64,000 nucleotides of DNA from an uncultured Acidobacteriota bacterium. GTDB taxonomy: Bacteria > Actinomycetota > Acidimicrobiia > Spongiisociales > ZC4RG35. Under the pieces are notes generated by a model. The model ran no database searches, was not told the origin of the DNA, and saw only the letters and a list, made by a program, of their open reading frames with translations. The stretch spans positions 98,798-162,797 of the forward strand of contig CAVRHE010000011.1 of NCBI GenBank assembly GCA_963720925.1. Reading direction: 5' to 3'. The position numbers and the translations under genes are program-made. Each line of letters begins with the position of its first letter. The first letter of the stretch is position 1. Positions 29,765 through 42,336 of this stretch are shown piece by piece.

Positions 29765-30226
29765 TCAGACGGCGGAGCGGGATGACTCCACGATGGTCGC
29801 CTCATACGCGCCCCTCGGCGCTTCGATTGTCACCACGTCACCTACCCGCTTGCCCAGGATGGCCGTGGCCAGCGGTGAGTCCGACGAGATTCGATTGGTG
29901 TCGAGACCTGCTTCGGCCGGGTGCACGATCAGATGCCTGACTTCCTCGCCATCATCGAGTCGAATCGTCACCCAATCGCCGACCTGCACGATGTCGGGGT
30001 CCTCGGGGATGTCGTAGACATTGCCCGCGGTCTCCAGGACGTACTTGAGCTGCTCCAGCTCCCGAAGAGCGAGGTCCTGCTCGAGTCGGGGCGCCATCTC
30101 GTCGTCTTCTTCTTCGATCGCCTCGACGAGAGCAGGGATGGTTTCCTCCGCGAGACGACGGGCGCGTTCCTCGAGGAGCACGCGGCCCTCCTGGGTCAGG
30201 AGCGGTGGCTCGCCTGTCGATGTCAT
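29765..30226 (-). CDS. GreA/GreB-family transcription elongation factor homolog (short GreA-like)
   Basis: MTSTGEPPLLTQEGRVLLEERARRLAEETIPALVEAIEEEDDEMAPRLEQDLALRELEQLKYVLETAGNV has a coiled-coil N-terminus. The C-terminus has an FKBP-like fold (GDWVTIRLDDGEEVRHLIVHPAEAG...IVESSRS). Confidence 0.65.
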   Translation of the reverse strand: MTSTGEPPLLTQEGRVLLEERARRLAEETIPALVEAIEEEDDEMAPRLEQDLALRELEQLKYVLETAGNVYDIPEDPDIVQVGDWVTIRLDDGEEVRHLIVHPAEAGLDTNRISSDSPLATAILGKRVGDVVTIEAPRGAYEATIVESSRSAV

Positions 30227-30367
30227 CTCGAATCCCTTCGCCGTGCCCGCAGAGCGGATTCCGTGGATTAGAGAAAAGCCCGATGAACGACTTTCGCCGC
30301 CCTTCGGGCCCTTCAGATCCAACCTTGGCACATGCCTTCGGATTTGTCCAGCGAGTTGAACCGGGAA

Positions 30368-31456
30368 TCAGGCATCATCGTGGACCTCGATCTCTTGATG
30401 CCCGGCGTCCGGCGCAGCGAATACATGCAGACGCTCGGCCTCTTGTCCGAGGCCCTTCACCTGGGCGCGGGGGACCTTGCGCAAGAGGTGCACTTCGAGC
30501 TTCGATGTCTTGCCCGTCCGGCCCATCTTCCACCACCCGCTGAACATCCCCTCTACGAGGAGATTTCCCACCCAGCCGGGGGGCACGATCCCCGTCGTGA
30601 AGAACCGGGAGCGGTCTGAGTGACCGAGGAGGACGTTGTCGTACTCGGGCAGGAAGCGGGGCGGCGCGGGCGTGTCCTCGTCGAGGATCGGGGCGTCGGG
30701 GAGGTCGAGCAGGTCGGAGCCATCCGGGCCGCGAAGGGTGCGGAGACGTTCCCGCATGCCGTCGACTACCTGGCGCAACCCGTTGAGCCTCGACCACACC
30801 CTGATGTCCGAGATCGTGGCCGGCCCAAACGCGGCCAGATATCGCAAGACGATCTGCTCATGGTCTCGCATCGCGGGGAGCCCGCTCCCGATCCAACCCT
30901 CGATGGTGGTCCATGTCGCCGCCCCGGTTCGTCCCCACAATCCGCGTGGGGGCACCTGGATCACGGGCAACAGGTAGGTGACTACCTGCGCCATCGAGGT
31001 CCCGGGCACGTTCGGCCATTTCTCCTCGAGTGCCCTTGCCAAATCGGCTCGTGTCATGGGTCCCTCGTCGAGCAACGACTTGCCCTGGTCGAGGAGCACG
31101 GCCCGGTCGAGGCCTGCGGTGTCCTTGGCGAAAGACGTGGACCCGAGGACAGCGGCCAGGGTCTCCTGGAGGTGTGAGCGCAGGAACAGGAAGTCGGACG
31201 TGGTGGACATGTGGAGCGTGGCCCGCATCAAGGCGCCCCGGAGTGCCTCACGGCGTTCGAGCATCCCCGACAGGGTTTGCGGGTCGAATCCCTCGAGGCG
31301 CGACCACAGGGCGTAGTAAGGGTCGTGCGGATTCTGCGCCTGCATCCCCACGAGGACCTCCATCGCCTCGGCCGGGGTTTGTTGGGCGCGCTCGAGCAAC
31401 AACTGCCGCCCCAAAGTGGTCCGGTTCAGTGCCCTTCTGCTGACCTCGATGGTCAA
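30368..31456 (-). CDS. Winged-helix DNA-binding protein of the YcaQ/AlkZ (DUF1006) family, a putative DNA glycosylase for interstrand-crosslink repair.
   Basis: TTG start. N-terminus TIEVSRRALNRTTLGRQLLLERAQQTPAEAMEVLVGMQAQNPHDPYYALWSRLEGF. The long N-terminal extension of the listed ORF is Arg-rich read-through and is excluded. Confidence 0.6.
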   Translation of the reverse strand: MTIEVSRRALNRTTLGRQLLLERAQQTPAEAMEVLVGMQAQNPHDPYYALWSRLEGFDPQTLSGMLERREALRGALMRATLHMSTTSDFLFLRSHLQETLAAVLGSTSFAKDTAGLDRAVLLDQGKSLLDEGPMTRADLARALEEKWPNVPGTSMAQVVTYLLPVIQVPPRGLWGRTGAATWTTIEGWIGSGLPAMRDHEQIVLRYLAAFGPATISDIRVWSRLNGLRQVVDGMRERLRTLRGPDGSDLLDLPDAPILDEDTPAPPRFLPEYDNVLLGHSDRSRFFTTGIVPPGWVGNLLVEGMFSGWWKMGRTGKTSKLEVHLLRKVPRAQVKGLGQEAERLHVFAAPDAGHQEIEVHDDA

Positions 31457-32106
31457 TGCTTGATTTCGAGCCCGCCGAACAGGACGGTGGCGTTGACTGC
31501 CAACGTCGGGGCGTCTGCAGAGACCGGCTCCTTGGCGGTTGCGTTCTCGATCCCGCCGAACAGGGGCAGGCCACGAGTGACGACGTTCCAGCCCTGGGGC
31601 ACTGTGATATCCACCCCCCCGAACGCGGCGAACACGTCGAGCTCGGCGCCGGGCGCGGGCACTGTGTCGCGGAGGTCCACTTCGGCCCCGCCAAAGACCG
31701 CCGAGATGCTTCCGCCCTGGAATTCCTTCGAATGCGATGCGATCTCGCTGCCGGAGAACACGTTGAAGCTGTTGACGCGCTCGCCGGCTTCGGTTTTCGC
31801 CCCGAGGCCACGTCCGAAGAGCACGAGGAGCCCGACGAAGATGATCGCGGCCGGGATGATGAAGTTGCCGAGGTCGATGATGTCGAGATTCGACAGGAGG
31901 AAGGCGAGGCCGACGGCCGTGATGATCAAAGCCACTGGCCAGTGACGCGGGTTGGCGGCGAAAGTGAGAATCCCGGCGAGGAGCACGATCGCCGGCCACC
32001 AGGTGCCGAAGATCTCGCCCGCATCGAGCACACCCGCGTTGTCGAGGAGCAGGACCGTCCCCACCGCGACGATGAGCAGACCAAAGAAGAGGCGACCCCA
32101 GTTCAT
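31453..32106 (-). CDS. LiaF-like cell-envelope-stress membrane protein (DUF2154 / cell-wall-active-antibiotics-response protein)
   Basis: Four N-terminal TM helices, then a C-terminal beta-rich domain with repeated FGG motifs (AVFGGAEVDL, FAAFGGVDITV, LPLFGGIENA, TVLFGGLEIKH). Confidence 0.6.
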   Translation of the reverse strand: MNWGRLFFGLLIVAVGTVLLLDNAGVLDAGEIFGTWWPAIVLLAGILTFAANPRHWPVALIITAVGLAFLLSNLDIIDLGNFIIPAAIIFVGLLVLFGRGLGAKTEAGERVNSFNVFSGSEIASHSKEFQGGSISAVFGGAEVDLRDTVPAPGAELDVFAAFGGVDITVPQGWNVVTRGLPLFGGIENATAKEPVSADAPTLAVNATVLFGGLEIKH

Positions 32107-32130
32107 GGGCGGGAAGCTACCAGCCGTCTC

Positions 32131-32928
32131 TCAGTCCCCTGCGACGAAGAACCTCCACTCTCCGGTCTCGGTGATGCCGATACGCCACAAGGCGTAAGAG
32201 CCGAACGCGGCCGACTGGTCGAGCTCCTCCTGGGTGTAGACGGTGAGCAAGGCCTCCATGTCGGCCGGCGGGATCTCGTCCCACGAGTCGTAGACGAAAG
32301 CGGAGGGCCAGTAGTAGTGGCGGGGCAGACCGTCGTAATCCTCGAAGGCATAGGGGGTGTCGAACAGCTCGACCAGGAGGGCCAATGCTGGATAGGTGCC
32401 CTCCTCCTCCCACATCGGGATCATCTCGAAGCCGCCGCCGCCGAAGCTCGTCACGAAATCTGGAGAGGCCAACGCCTCGAGCGCCTCGAAGTCGCAAGCG
32501 ATCGCTGCCGCGGCGATGGCTCGTCTGGCGTCGGCGACCAGTGTCGGTAGCCCTTCCTGCTCGGCAGGCATGGGCAACCCGGCGGCCGAGCAGTCGGCAA
32601 CGACAGGCGGAACGGTTGTCGCGCTCGGACCCGTTGTAACGGGCTCAGGCACCGTGGTCGATGCCGGGACCGGCGAAGTGGAGGGGGTGGAGCCACTGGC
32701 TGGCCCGGAGTCATCGGGGTTCGAGATCATCGGGAGCACGCCCAAGGTCACGATCACCACACCGAAAGCAGCGGCGAAGATCAGCCAGCCGCGGGGAAGG
32801 GCGCGGCGCGCATCGGTATCGAGGGGTGGCGGCACCGCATGTTTGGCCGACTGGCGCAGCTCCTGGGCAGCCTGTTCCATCCTTTGCTCGAATTCGTCGA
32901 GATGCTTCACGTCGTCTCCTCGCGCCAT
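32131..32928 (-). CDS. Sigma-factor-associated single-pass membrane protein (putative anti-sigma factor) with a Pro/Thr/Ser-rich linker and an uncharacterised extracytoplasmic domain.
   Basis: Its ATG lies 17 nt downstream of the ECF sigma stop. MARGDDVKHLDEFEQRMEQAAQELR, then TM LIFAAAFGVVIVTLGVL, a PTS-rich linker and about 170 aa ending ...GEWRFFVAGD. The 5' part of the listed 443-aa ORF is read-through into the sigma gene and is excluded. Confidence 0.45.
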   Translation of the reverse strand: MARGDDVKHLDEFEQRMEQAAQELRQSAKHAVPPPLDTDARRALPRGWLIFAAAFGVVIVTLGVLPMISNPDDSGPASGSTPSTSPVPASTTVPEPVTTGPSATTVPPVVADCSAAGLPMPAEQEGLPTLVADARRAIAAAAIACDFEALEALASPDFVTSFGGGGFEMIPMWEEEGTYPALALLVELFDTPYAFEDYDGLPRHYYWPSAFVYDSWDEIPPADMEALLTVYTQEELDQSAAFGSYALWRIGITETGEWRFFVAGD

Positions 32929-32944
32929 ATATCCAGACGCCGGC

Positions 32945-33425
32945 TCAGATGTGCCCTCGCCTTGTGCAGGTGGGCTTTCACCGCCCCCGGGCTCACACCC
33001 ATGACTTCGCCGATCTCGGCGACCGAGAGTTGGTCGACGTAGTGCAGGACGGTGGCCTGCGCTTGTCGTCTCGGTAGTTTTCGCACCTCGTCCCAGACTT
33101 CGGTGGCGCTCGAGGTCAGCTCGGGGAGCGTGTCCTCGCCGGCGCGGCCTCCGAGCCGGGTCACGGCACGCAGCTCGGCGCCGGCCTTGCGTTGGAGCGA
33201 TGTCGCCCGGTTGATCAGGACCCGGCGCACCCAGGCGCCGGGATCGTCGTAGCCCGAGACCTGGTCCCAGTTTCGGTGGGCGGCCAGGAACGATTCCTGG
33301 GCGAGATCCTCTGCCGAAGAGCCGGTTCTGAGGAGGGCGCGCGCGATCGCCACCATTCGTCCGTACTCGCGCCGGTAGAAGCTCTCGAACGGCTCGACGT
33401 CGAGCGCTCCGATCTCTGTCGAAGG
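32945..33425 (-). CDS. ECF RNA polymerase sigma-70 factor
   Basis: Region 2 (YGRMVAIARALLRTGSSAEDLAQESFLAAHRNWDQV) and region 4 (QATVLHYVDQLSVAEIGEVMGVSPGAVKAHLHKARAHLSRRL). The start is approximate (a GTG near 33425). Confidence 0.8.
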
Positions 33426-33535
33426 CACGTGTCTCCTCGATTCTTGGAACGTGCTCACTCACCTAACACGCACCAGCCCACTAACTGGTTTACCCGGAAT
33501 CGCGCCGCGGGTATGAAATAGGATTCGGATCGAGC

Positions 33536-36148
<2,613 letters not shown>

Positions 36149-36152
36149 GAGC

Positions 36153-36181
36153 AACTGATCCGTTGGGCAGGTGTCCTCGAC
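36153..36181 (+). repeat. 29-bp direct repeat, copy 1 (AACTGATCCGTTGGGCAGGTGTCCTCGAC), immediately after the clpB stop.
   Basis: 28 of 29 positions match copy 2 at 38621-38649. Both copies begin right after a TAG. Confidence 0.8.
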
Positions 36182-36358
36182 GCGATGGCCGATTCGGGGG
36201 TAGTGCGGCAATGTTGGTACGGTGGGGGCTCAAGCGGCCTCGGTGCCAGTCCTTCGTTTTCTCGCAGAGCTCAATGATGCGGCTCTCCGTCGCCGGCGAT
36301 CGCTGTGGCTCAAGTACAGCCGACGCATTCACCGGTCGTTCACGTCACGGAGATCTGT

Positions 36359-37555
36359 ATGAAACAAAGCCAAGCCATCCTTCCGTCGATCGGACTGGTC
36401 AGCACCTATCCACCGACAGTCTGCGGTCTCGCCACCTTCACCGCCGCTTTGCGCGGGGCGATGGCAGAGGAGCGCGGATCGGAAGAGGGTCTCGAGGTCT
36501 TGAGTCTGGGGGACGGCCGCCTCGAGGGATCCCGACCCGAAGTAACATTTCAGCACGTCAACGGTGATCCATACTCGTTGCGGCAGGCGGTTCGAATCCT
36601 GAACCGCCACGACGTCGTCTTCTTCCAACATGAGTACGGGATCTATGGCGGGCCTGACGGCGCTGAGATACTCGACTTCATCTCCGACCTGGAAGTCCCG
36701 ACCATCGTCACGCTGCACACCGTGCTGGACAAGCCGACACTGCGACAGAAGCGGATTCTGGAGAGGATTGTCGACCTTGCGGGGCAGACGGTCGTGATGA
36801 GCCACACAGCCCTGCGCCGATTGCGGGACAGGTACGACGTCGACTCCGACAGAGTGACGATGGTTCCTCACGGGGCGAGTCCCGGACTGGCCGTTCCGGG
36901 AGCTGGCACCGGGCCGCGACCGGTCGCCCTGACCTGGGGTTTGATCGGGCCGGGCAAAGGCCTGGAGACTGCTCTAGACGCCTTCGCCGCCGTGAAAGAC
37001 CTGGAGCCGCTTCCCCGCTACGTGATCCTCGGCAAGACCCACCCCAAGGTGCAGGCCGCCCAAGGAGATTCATATCTGGATGGGCTGAAGGCGAAGGCGC
37101 ACGCTCTGGGTCTGGAAGATGTTGTCGAGTTCGACAGCCGTTACCTGGATACCGATTCCCTTTCTGCCGAGATCCGACGGGCCGATGTCGTCCTTCTTCC
37201 CTACGAGTCGACGGAACAAGTCACATCCGGTGTGTTGGTCGAGGCCCTCGCCGCCGGGAAGCCGGTGGTTGCCACGGACTTCCCCCACGCGGTCGAGATG
37301 CTCGGCACCGGTGCCGGCGCCCTCGTCCCCCACTCCGATCCCGATGCGATGGCGACCGCCTTGCGCGGAGTCTTCGCGGAGCCCGGGGTGGCATCTCGTA
37401 TGGCGACTATCGCAACCTCGATCGGCTCGACCCTCCACTGGCCGGTGGTGGCGGACCGATATGAGTCGATCGCGGGGGACCTCGTCGATCGCAGGTCTCT
37501 GGTGGATGAGTTCCCCTCGGGCCGGCGGGCTGTCGCTCTGGCCAAGGTCGGATGA
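36359..37555 (+). CDS. Glycosyltransferase family 4 (GT-B fold, 'group 1')
   Basis: MKQSQAILPSIGLVSTYPPTVCGLATFTAAL...the C-terminal donor-binding motif is ESTEQVTSGVLVEALAAGKPVVATDFPHAVEML. The stop overlaps the next gene (ATGA). Confidence 0.8.
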   Translation: MKQSQAILPSIGLVSTYPPTVCGLATFTAALRGAMAEERGSEEGLEVLSLGDGRLEGSRPEVTFQHVNGDPYSLRQAVRILNRHDVVFFQHEYGIYGGPDGAEILDFISDLEVPTIVTLHTVLDKPTLRQKRILERIVDLAGQTVVMSHTALRRLRDRYDVDSDRVTMVPHGASPGLAVPGAGTGPRPVALTWGLIGPGKGLETALDAFAAVKDLEPLPRYVILGKTHPKVQAAQGDSYLDGLKAKAHALGLEDVVEFDSRYLDTDSLSAEIRRADVVLLPYESTEQVTSGVLVEALAAGKPVVATDFPHAVEMLGTGAGALVPHSDPDAMATALRGVFAEPGVASRMATIATSIGSTLHWPVVADRYESIAGDLVDRRSLVDEFPSGRRAVALAKVG

Positions 37556-38614
37556 AGTCGACCATGGATCGGTCGTCGCTTTGGGCCGACCCTGACATCC
37601 TGGCCACAATCGACGACCTCCCTGAACCGCGTTTTCATCACCTGCTTCGCATGACCGACCACGTGGGCCTCTGGGAGCATGCCCGGTATACGACGCCCAG
37701 GCCCGAGCATGGCTATTGCACCGATGACAACGCCCGCGCCCTCATAGTGATGTGCCGTGAACCAGGCCCGTCTGTCGAACTGGTCGGACTGTCTCGGATG
37801 TATTTCCGGTTCGTGGTGGAATCCGCCCTCCCCGAGGGCGGGTTCCACAACAGGCGGGGAGCGGACGAATCGTGGGCCGACGAGATCGGCTCCGACGACT
37901 CGCAGGGTCGAGCCATCTGGGCTCTGGGCACTGCTGCCCGGCGGGCACCCGAGAAGTGGATGCGTCGTGCCGCACTCGAGCTCTTTCAGCAGCAGGAGAG
38001 CTTTGCGTCTCGCTCGCCGCGGGCCAACGCCTTCGCGATTCTGGGTGCCTCCGAGGTGTTGAGCGAGGACCCGGCACACACCATGGCCAGCAGGGCAATG
38101 GCCAAATGGGCCGGGCAACTCCATGTTCTCGATGACCGGGAATGGCCTTGGCCCGAGAGACGGCTTGCCTACGACAATGCCCGCATCCCGGAGGCGCTCA
38201 TCGCGGCCGGGGCGGCCTTCGGCCACGACCAACTCGTCGCAGCCGGCCTTGGCCTACTCGGATGGCTGGTGACAATCGAAACCTGCGACGACCACTACAG
38301 CTTCACGCCGGTCGGGGGCTGGGCCCGGGGTGAGCACAGGCCCGGCTACGACCAGCAACCGGTTGAGACGGCGGCGATGGCCGATGCATGCGCTCGAGCC
38401 TGGGAGCTCACCGGCGACGACAAATGGAGAGAAGGGGTGCTGACCGCCGGCGCGTTGGTTGGTCGGAGGAAACGACGGCAAGACCATTCTCTACGACTTC
38501 GAAACCGGCGGATGCTGTGACGGCCTGACCGTCAGCGGGCCCAATCTGAACCAGGGTGCCGAGTCGACGCTCTCCGCCTTGAGCACCCTCCAGCAAGCTC
38601 GAAGGGTCGTTTAG
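37552..38614 (+). pseudogene. GT4-associated (alpha/alpha)6-barrel glycosidase-like protein of uncertain family, with one frameshift near 38450.
   Basis: The body (LLRMTDHVGLWEHARYTTPRPEHGYCTDDNARALIV...) is in one frame. The C-terminus (WLVGGNDGKTILYDFETGGCCDGLTVSGPNLNQGAESTLSALSTLQQARRVV*) is in another. The family call is tentative. Confidence 0.45.
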
Positions 38615-40559
38615 CCGCTGAACTGATCCGTTGGGCAGTTGTCCTCGACCGAGTACTCCTCGCCCGAGCGCCGGTAGGAATACAGGCAGTCAGCCGCGCC
38701 GACCTGGACCTCGAGAGTGAAGACGTCTTCCTCCCAGTCGTACGAACCCTCCCCGGTGAGGGTCAGCCCGTCCATGAAGGCGCATTCCTCGAAGATGAAA
38801 CCGTCGGTCTCGTCCTGGGCGGTGAAGGTGATCACCCCACCCTGGTTGCAACCCACCGGCATGTCGCTGACGGTGTCCCACCAGTAGTACTCGGGCATGT
38901 AGAAGATCTCGAATTCGACCGAGTCGAACATGGTCTCTGCGCTGTCGAACTCATCCACGGTGAGGGGGAGCAGCGAGATGTAGTAACCGACGACGTCTCC
39001 CTCGCATTCGGACTCCTCCGGTGCGGTGCCTTCCACGATGAAGCTGGTTACGGCGTCGTCCGGGCATTCGTTGCCCCGTCCGAAGATGACATGAGGCCCG
39101 CCTTGCTTGCTGATCAAATACCCTTCCTCGAGACGTTCAGCGACGTCTACTCCCTGCTGATGCGGAGTGGCCGGATCGGCGGTCGCGCCCAGCACCACCG
39201 TGGGTACGCCGGGGGCGGCAAGAGGCGCCGGACGGGTCGGATCGTCGCTTGCCGTGGGCCAGAAAGCACAGGGCAGATCACCAAAGAACACGGCTCCCAG
39301 ACGGGCGGGGTCCATATCGGCGCCGGCGGTGAAGAACGCCTGCGCGGTCTCTTCCGGCGTCGACCCCGGGTAGTGGTAATCGAGACATTCGACCGCGTAG
39401 TAGATGGCATCCGAATAGGTCGGGTCTTCGATCGCTGTCTCGGTCTCCGCGTCGATCCCGACGTTCAGGTAGAGGAGCCTGAGAAGGGGCACCAGGTCAC
39501 CCCGTCCACTTTGGGCAGCCAGCGCTCGAAGGAACATCATCCGATCGTCCTCCGAGTACATCTGGCCGCTGGCCACGACCTCGAGGTCCCCGAGGCCGAA
39601 GGTGCGCTCCTCGAACCCGCCGGTGGCCAAGGGGTACGGAGCGGTCAGCGGGCCTTCGACCAACAGGGCGAGCAGCTGGTCGTACGCCTGGTCGGGGGAC
39701 ACGCCGAGATCCGCTGCGCAGAACTCGTCCTCGGCGCAGTAGTCCAGCGTCGACTGGAGCGTGGCCCCGAAGGCCGTTGCCTGCTCCTGAAAGAAGTCGA
39801 GGCCCTCCAGGGTGAGATCGACCGTTCCGTCGAGGACCATTCGGGCGACGCGTTCGCTGGTGGGCGTCCGCATAGGTCTGGGAAAGCTGGGTGCCGTAGC
39901 TCTCCCCGTACAGGACGATCTGGTCATACCCAAAGGTCTCGCGGAACACCTCGAGATCCTCGGCTGCCTGGTCGGTGCCCAGGTAGGGGAGAATCGCCGG
40001 ATTGCCCATCTCGGAGACACAGCCCTCCGAGAAGGTGGATGCGGCCGCAGTCAGCGCTTCCTGATCGAAGCCGAGACCCGTCGTCGCGTCCACCCGGTAG
40101 TAGTCCGCCGCCGCCTGCGGGCAGCTCAGGCCACCCGACATCGCGACCCCGCGCTGGTCGAAGAAGACGATGTCGTACGACTCCGGTATCGCCGGGTCCA
40201 GGGCATCGGTATAAGAATCGGCGGCCGCGATGCCCGGAGCTGCCGGGGCCTCCGGTTGCGGTGACGAACGCCCCGAGGCTGTCCCCGGTGGCGGGGAGCA
40301 CGGCGAAGGTCACCGGGATGGTTCTCTCGTCGGCTGGATCGAAGTGATTCATCGGCATGTCGAGCGTCACACAGGTGAACACCGAGTCGGGGCAGAGGCT
40401 GGCGTCTAGATCCTCCATGAGTTGACCGGTGCTCGGGCGCTCCGTCGTGGTGGTCGGGCCGGCAGTGGTCGTTTGCGGCGGTTCTGTGGTCCGGTTCCCC
40501 CCGTCGGTGGTGCACGCTGCGAGCAGCAACAACACCCCTACCTGACACCACCTCCGCAT
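38611..40559 (-). pseudogene. Secreted S33-family alpha/beta-hydrolase (tripeptidyl aminopeptidase-like) lipoprotein with a Cys-rich C-terminal extension. It has two frameshifts, near 40260 and near 39850.
   Basis: Lipoprotein signal (VGVLLLLAACTT). FVTATGGPGSS, then in a second frame GIAAADSYTDALDPAIPESYDIVFFDQRG...with the nucleophile elbow YGESYGTQL. The third frame carries the rest plus about 130 aa containing 8 Cys. Confidence 0.7.
38621..38649 (+). repeat. 29-bp direct repeat, copy 2 (AACTGATCCGTTGGGCAGTTGTCCTCGAC). On the minus strand it encodes the last 10 codons of the peptidase gene (VEDNCPTDQF).
   Basis: See copy 1. The two copies bracket the GT4 plus glycosidase-like gene pair. 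Confidence 0.8.
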
Positions 40560-40584
40560 TGGCGGCATCGTACGCCGCATATTC

Positions 40585-42055
40585 GTGGCGTCGGGCATAC
40601 TCCGGCGGTTGCCACAGCTCCTCGCTCGGTCCCTCGTCTTCATCACATCTGCCGCGGTTCTAATCCTGGAGATCCTGGCCGGGCGGCTGCTCGCGCCCTA
40701 CCTGGGGGTGAGCCTCGAGGTATTCACCGGCATCATCGGTGTGATCCTTGCCGGGATTTCCGTCGGGGCGTGGGCCGGCGGGCGGGCGGCGGATCGTGGA
40801 GACCCCCGTCGCCTCATCGGGCCTCTCCTCGTCGCCGGCGGCCTGACTGCGGTGGCGTCGCCACTGCTGGTCGACCTGGCCGGCCCGGCGGCCTCGACCG
40901 GGCCTGTTTCGATCGTCGGCCTCAGCCTCATCGGGTTCTTCGCCCCGGCAGCGATCCTGTCGGCGATTCCACCCATCGTGGTGAAGATCAGATTGGCCTC
41001 GTTGCAGGAGACGGGTTCTGTGGTCGGGACGTACTCCGCCATTGGGACCGCGGGAGCCATCTTCGGCACTTTCGTGACCGGGTTCGTGCTGATCGCCGCC
41101 TTTCCCACGAGGCCGATCGTGATCGTGGTGGGATTTGTGCTCGTGCTGCTCGGGGTGGCGGTATGGGTCGGGCGCAGCGCCTGGACCGTGACCGGCTCAC
41201 ATTGTTTCGCTGCTCCTCCTCAGCGGTTTGACCCTCGGATTCGACGGCCCCTGCCAGTACGAGACCAGCTATCACTGCGCCGAAGTAGTGGCCGACACCG
41301 GGCGACCCTCGGGAAGGCTCCTGGTCTTGGACCGCGGCCACAACAGTTACGTCGATCTCGACGACCCCACTCATCTCGAGTTTCGCTACATACGGGTGAT
41401 GGCCGACCTGATAGACGTGGAGATGCCGCCGGGCCCTCTAAACGTCGTTTCGATCGGTGGCGGAGGGTTCACGTTGCCCGGCTACCTGGCCGCCACGCGG
41501 CCAGGCACCGACCACCGCGTCCTCGAGATCGACGCGTCCTTGGTGGAGATCGGCCGACGCCACCTCGGGTTCGAAGACGAAGCCGAGGTGATCATCGACG
41601 ACGCCCGGAGATCGATCACGCAGATTGCTCCTGGCTCGGTCGATGTCGCCGTGGGCGACGCCTTCACCGGCCTCACCGTTCCCTGGCATCTGACCACGGT
41701 GGAGTTCGTCGAGATGATCGGTGACACCCTGGCTCCCGGCGGCTTGTACACGGTCAATGTGATCGACCGGCCCGAGGCGAGGTTCGCCCGAGCGGAGGCG
41801 GCGACTCTCAGCGAGGTCTTCGACCATGTGGCGGTGTTCGCTCCAGAGGGCTACTTCACCGGCGCCCGCGGCGGCAACTACGTCCTCGTCGGGTCGGATG
41901 ACCCGATCGACATGGATCGCGTCCGGGAGACGCTCCTTTCCAGAGGGGGTGTCGAAATCGGTCTGGCCGGCGATGAGCTGGCCCGATTCATCGACGACGC
42001 CCGTCCCTTGACCGACGACTTCGCCCCGGTCGACCAGATGCTTAGCGGTCTCTGA
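40585..42055 (+). pseudogene. Fused MFS-like membrane domain / spermidine-synthase-like methyltransferase, with one frameshift near 41195.
   Basis: The N-terminal half has about 7 TM helices (…AILSAIPPIVVKIRLA…). After the shift it reads SLLLLSGLTLGFDGPCQYETSYHCAEVVADTGRPSGRLLVLDRGHNSYVDLDDPTHLEFRYI...VVSIGGGGFTLPGYL...VGDAF, which is the SpeE-like AdoMet fold. Confidence 0.7.
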
Positions 42056-42078
42056 CGCCGGGTTTGTAGGGTGGTGCG

Positions 42079-42336
42079 ATGTTGCGGATCAAACACACTC
42101 GACGCGAGCGAGAGATCGAGGGCGCCCGAGGCGTGACCCTGACCTCTGCCAACAGTGGGTTCTTCGGGGCGACTTCATTCGGAGGCGGTGGCTTCTCCTA
42201 TCACCGTCCAGTCCTCGTCAGAAACCCGGGCACCGGGGCAATGATCCCGATCCGGGATCATGTGATGACTGTCAGGCTCGCTGCGGCTGCAGTGCTCCTG
42301 ATGGCGCTGATCTGGAGGTGGATCGATGGCAAGTGA
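42079..42336 (+). CDS. Small hypothetical protein (85 aa) with a C-terminal hydrophobic helix. It is translationally coupled to the GerW-family gene.
   Basis: The ORF ends 11 nt inside the next ORF. A Gly-rich stretch is present. No family was recognised. Confidence 0.3.
   Translation: MLRIKHTRREREIEGARGVTLTSANSGFFGATSFGGGGFSYHRPVLVRNPGTGAMIPIRDHVMTVRLAAAAVLLMALIWRWIDGK

Noticed and set aside
31456-32550. 364-aa + strand ORF opposite the LiaF-like and membrane-protein genes
   Set aside because: Acidic/Arg-rich antisense ORF with no domains. The minus-strand genes have clear TM and DUF2154 features.
32131-33462. 443-aa ORF reading through the ECF sigma gene
   Set aside because: It is the membrane-protein gene (ATG 32928) extended upstream in a frame that overlaps the sigma factor. 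It was split into two genes with a 17-nt gap.
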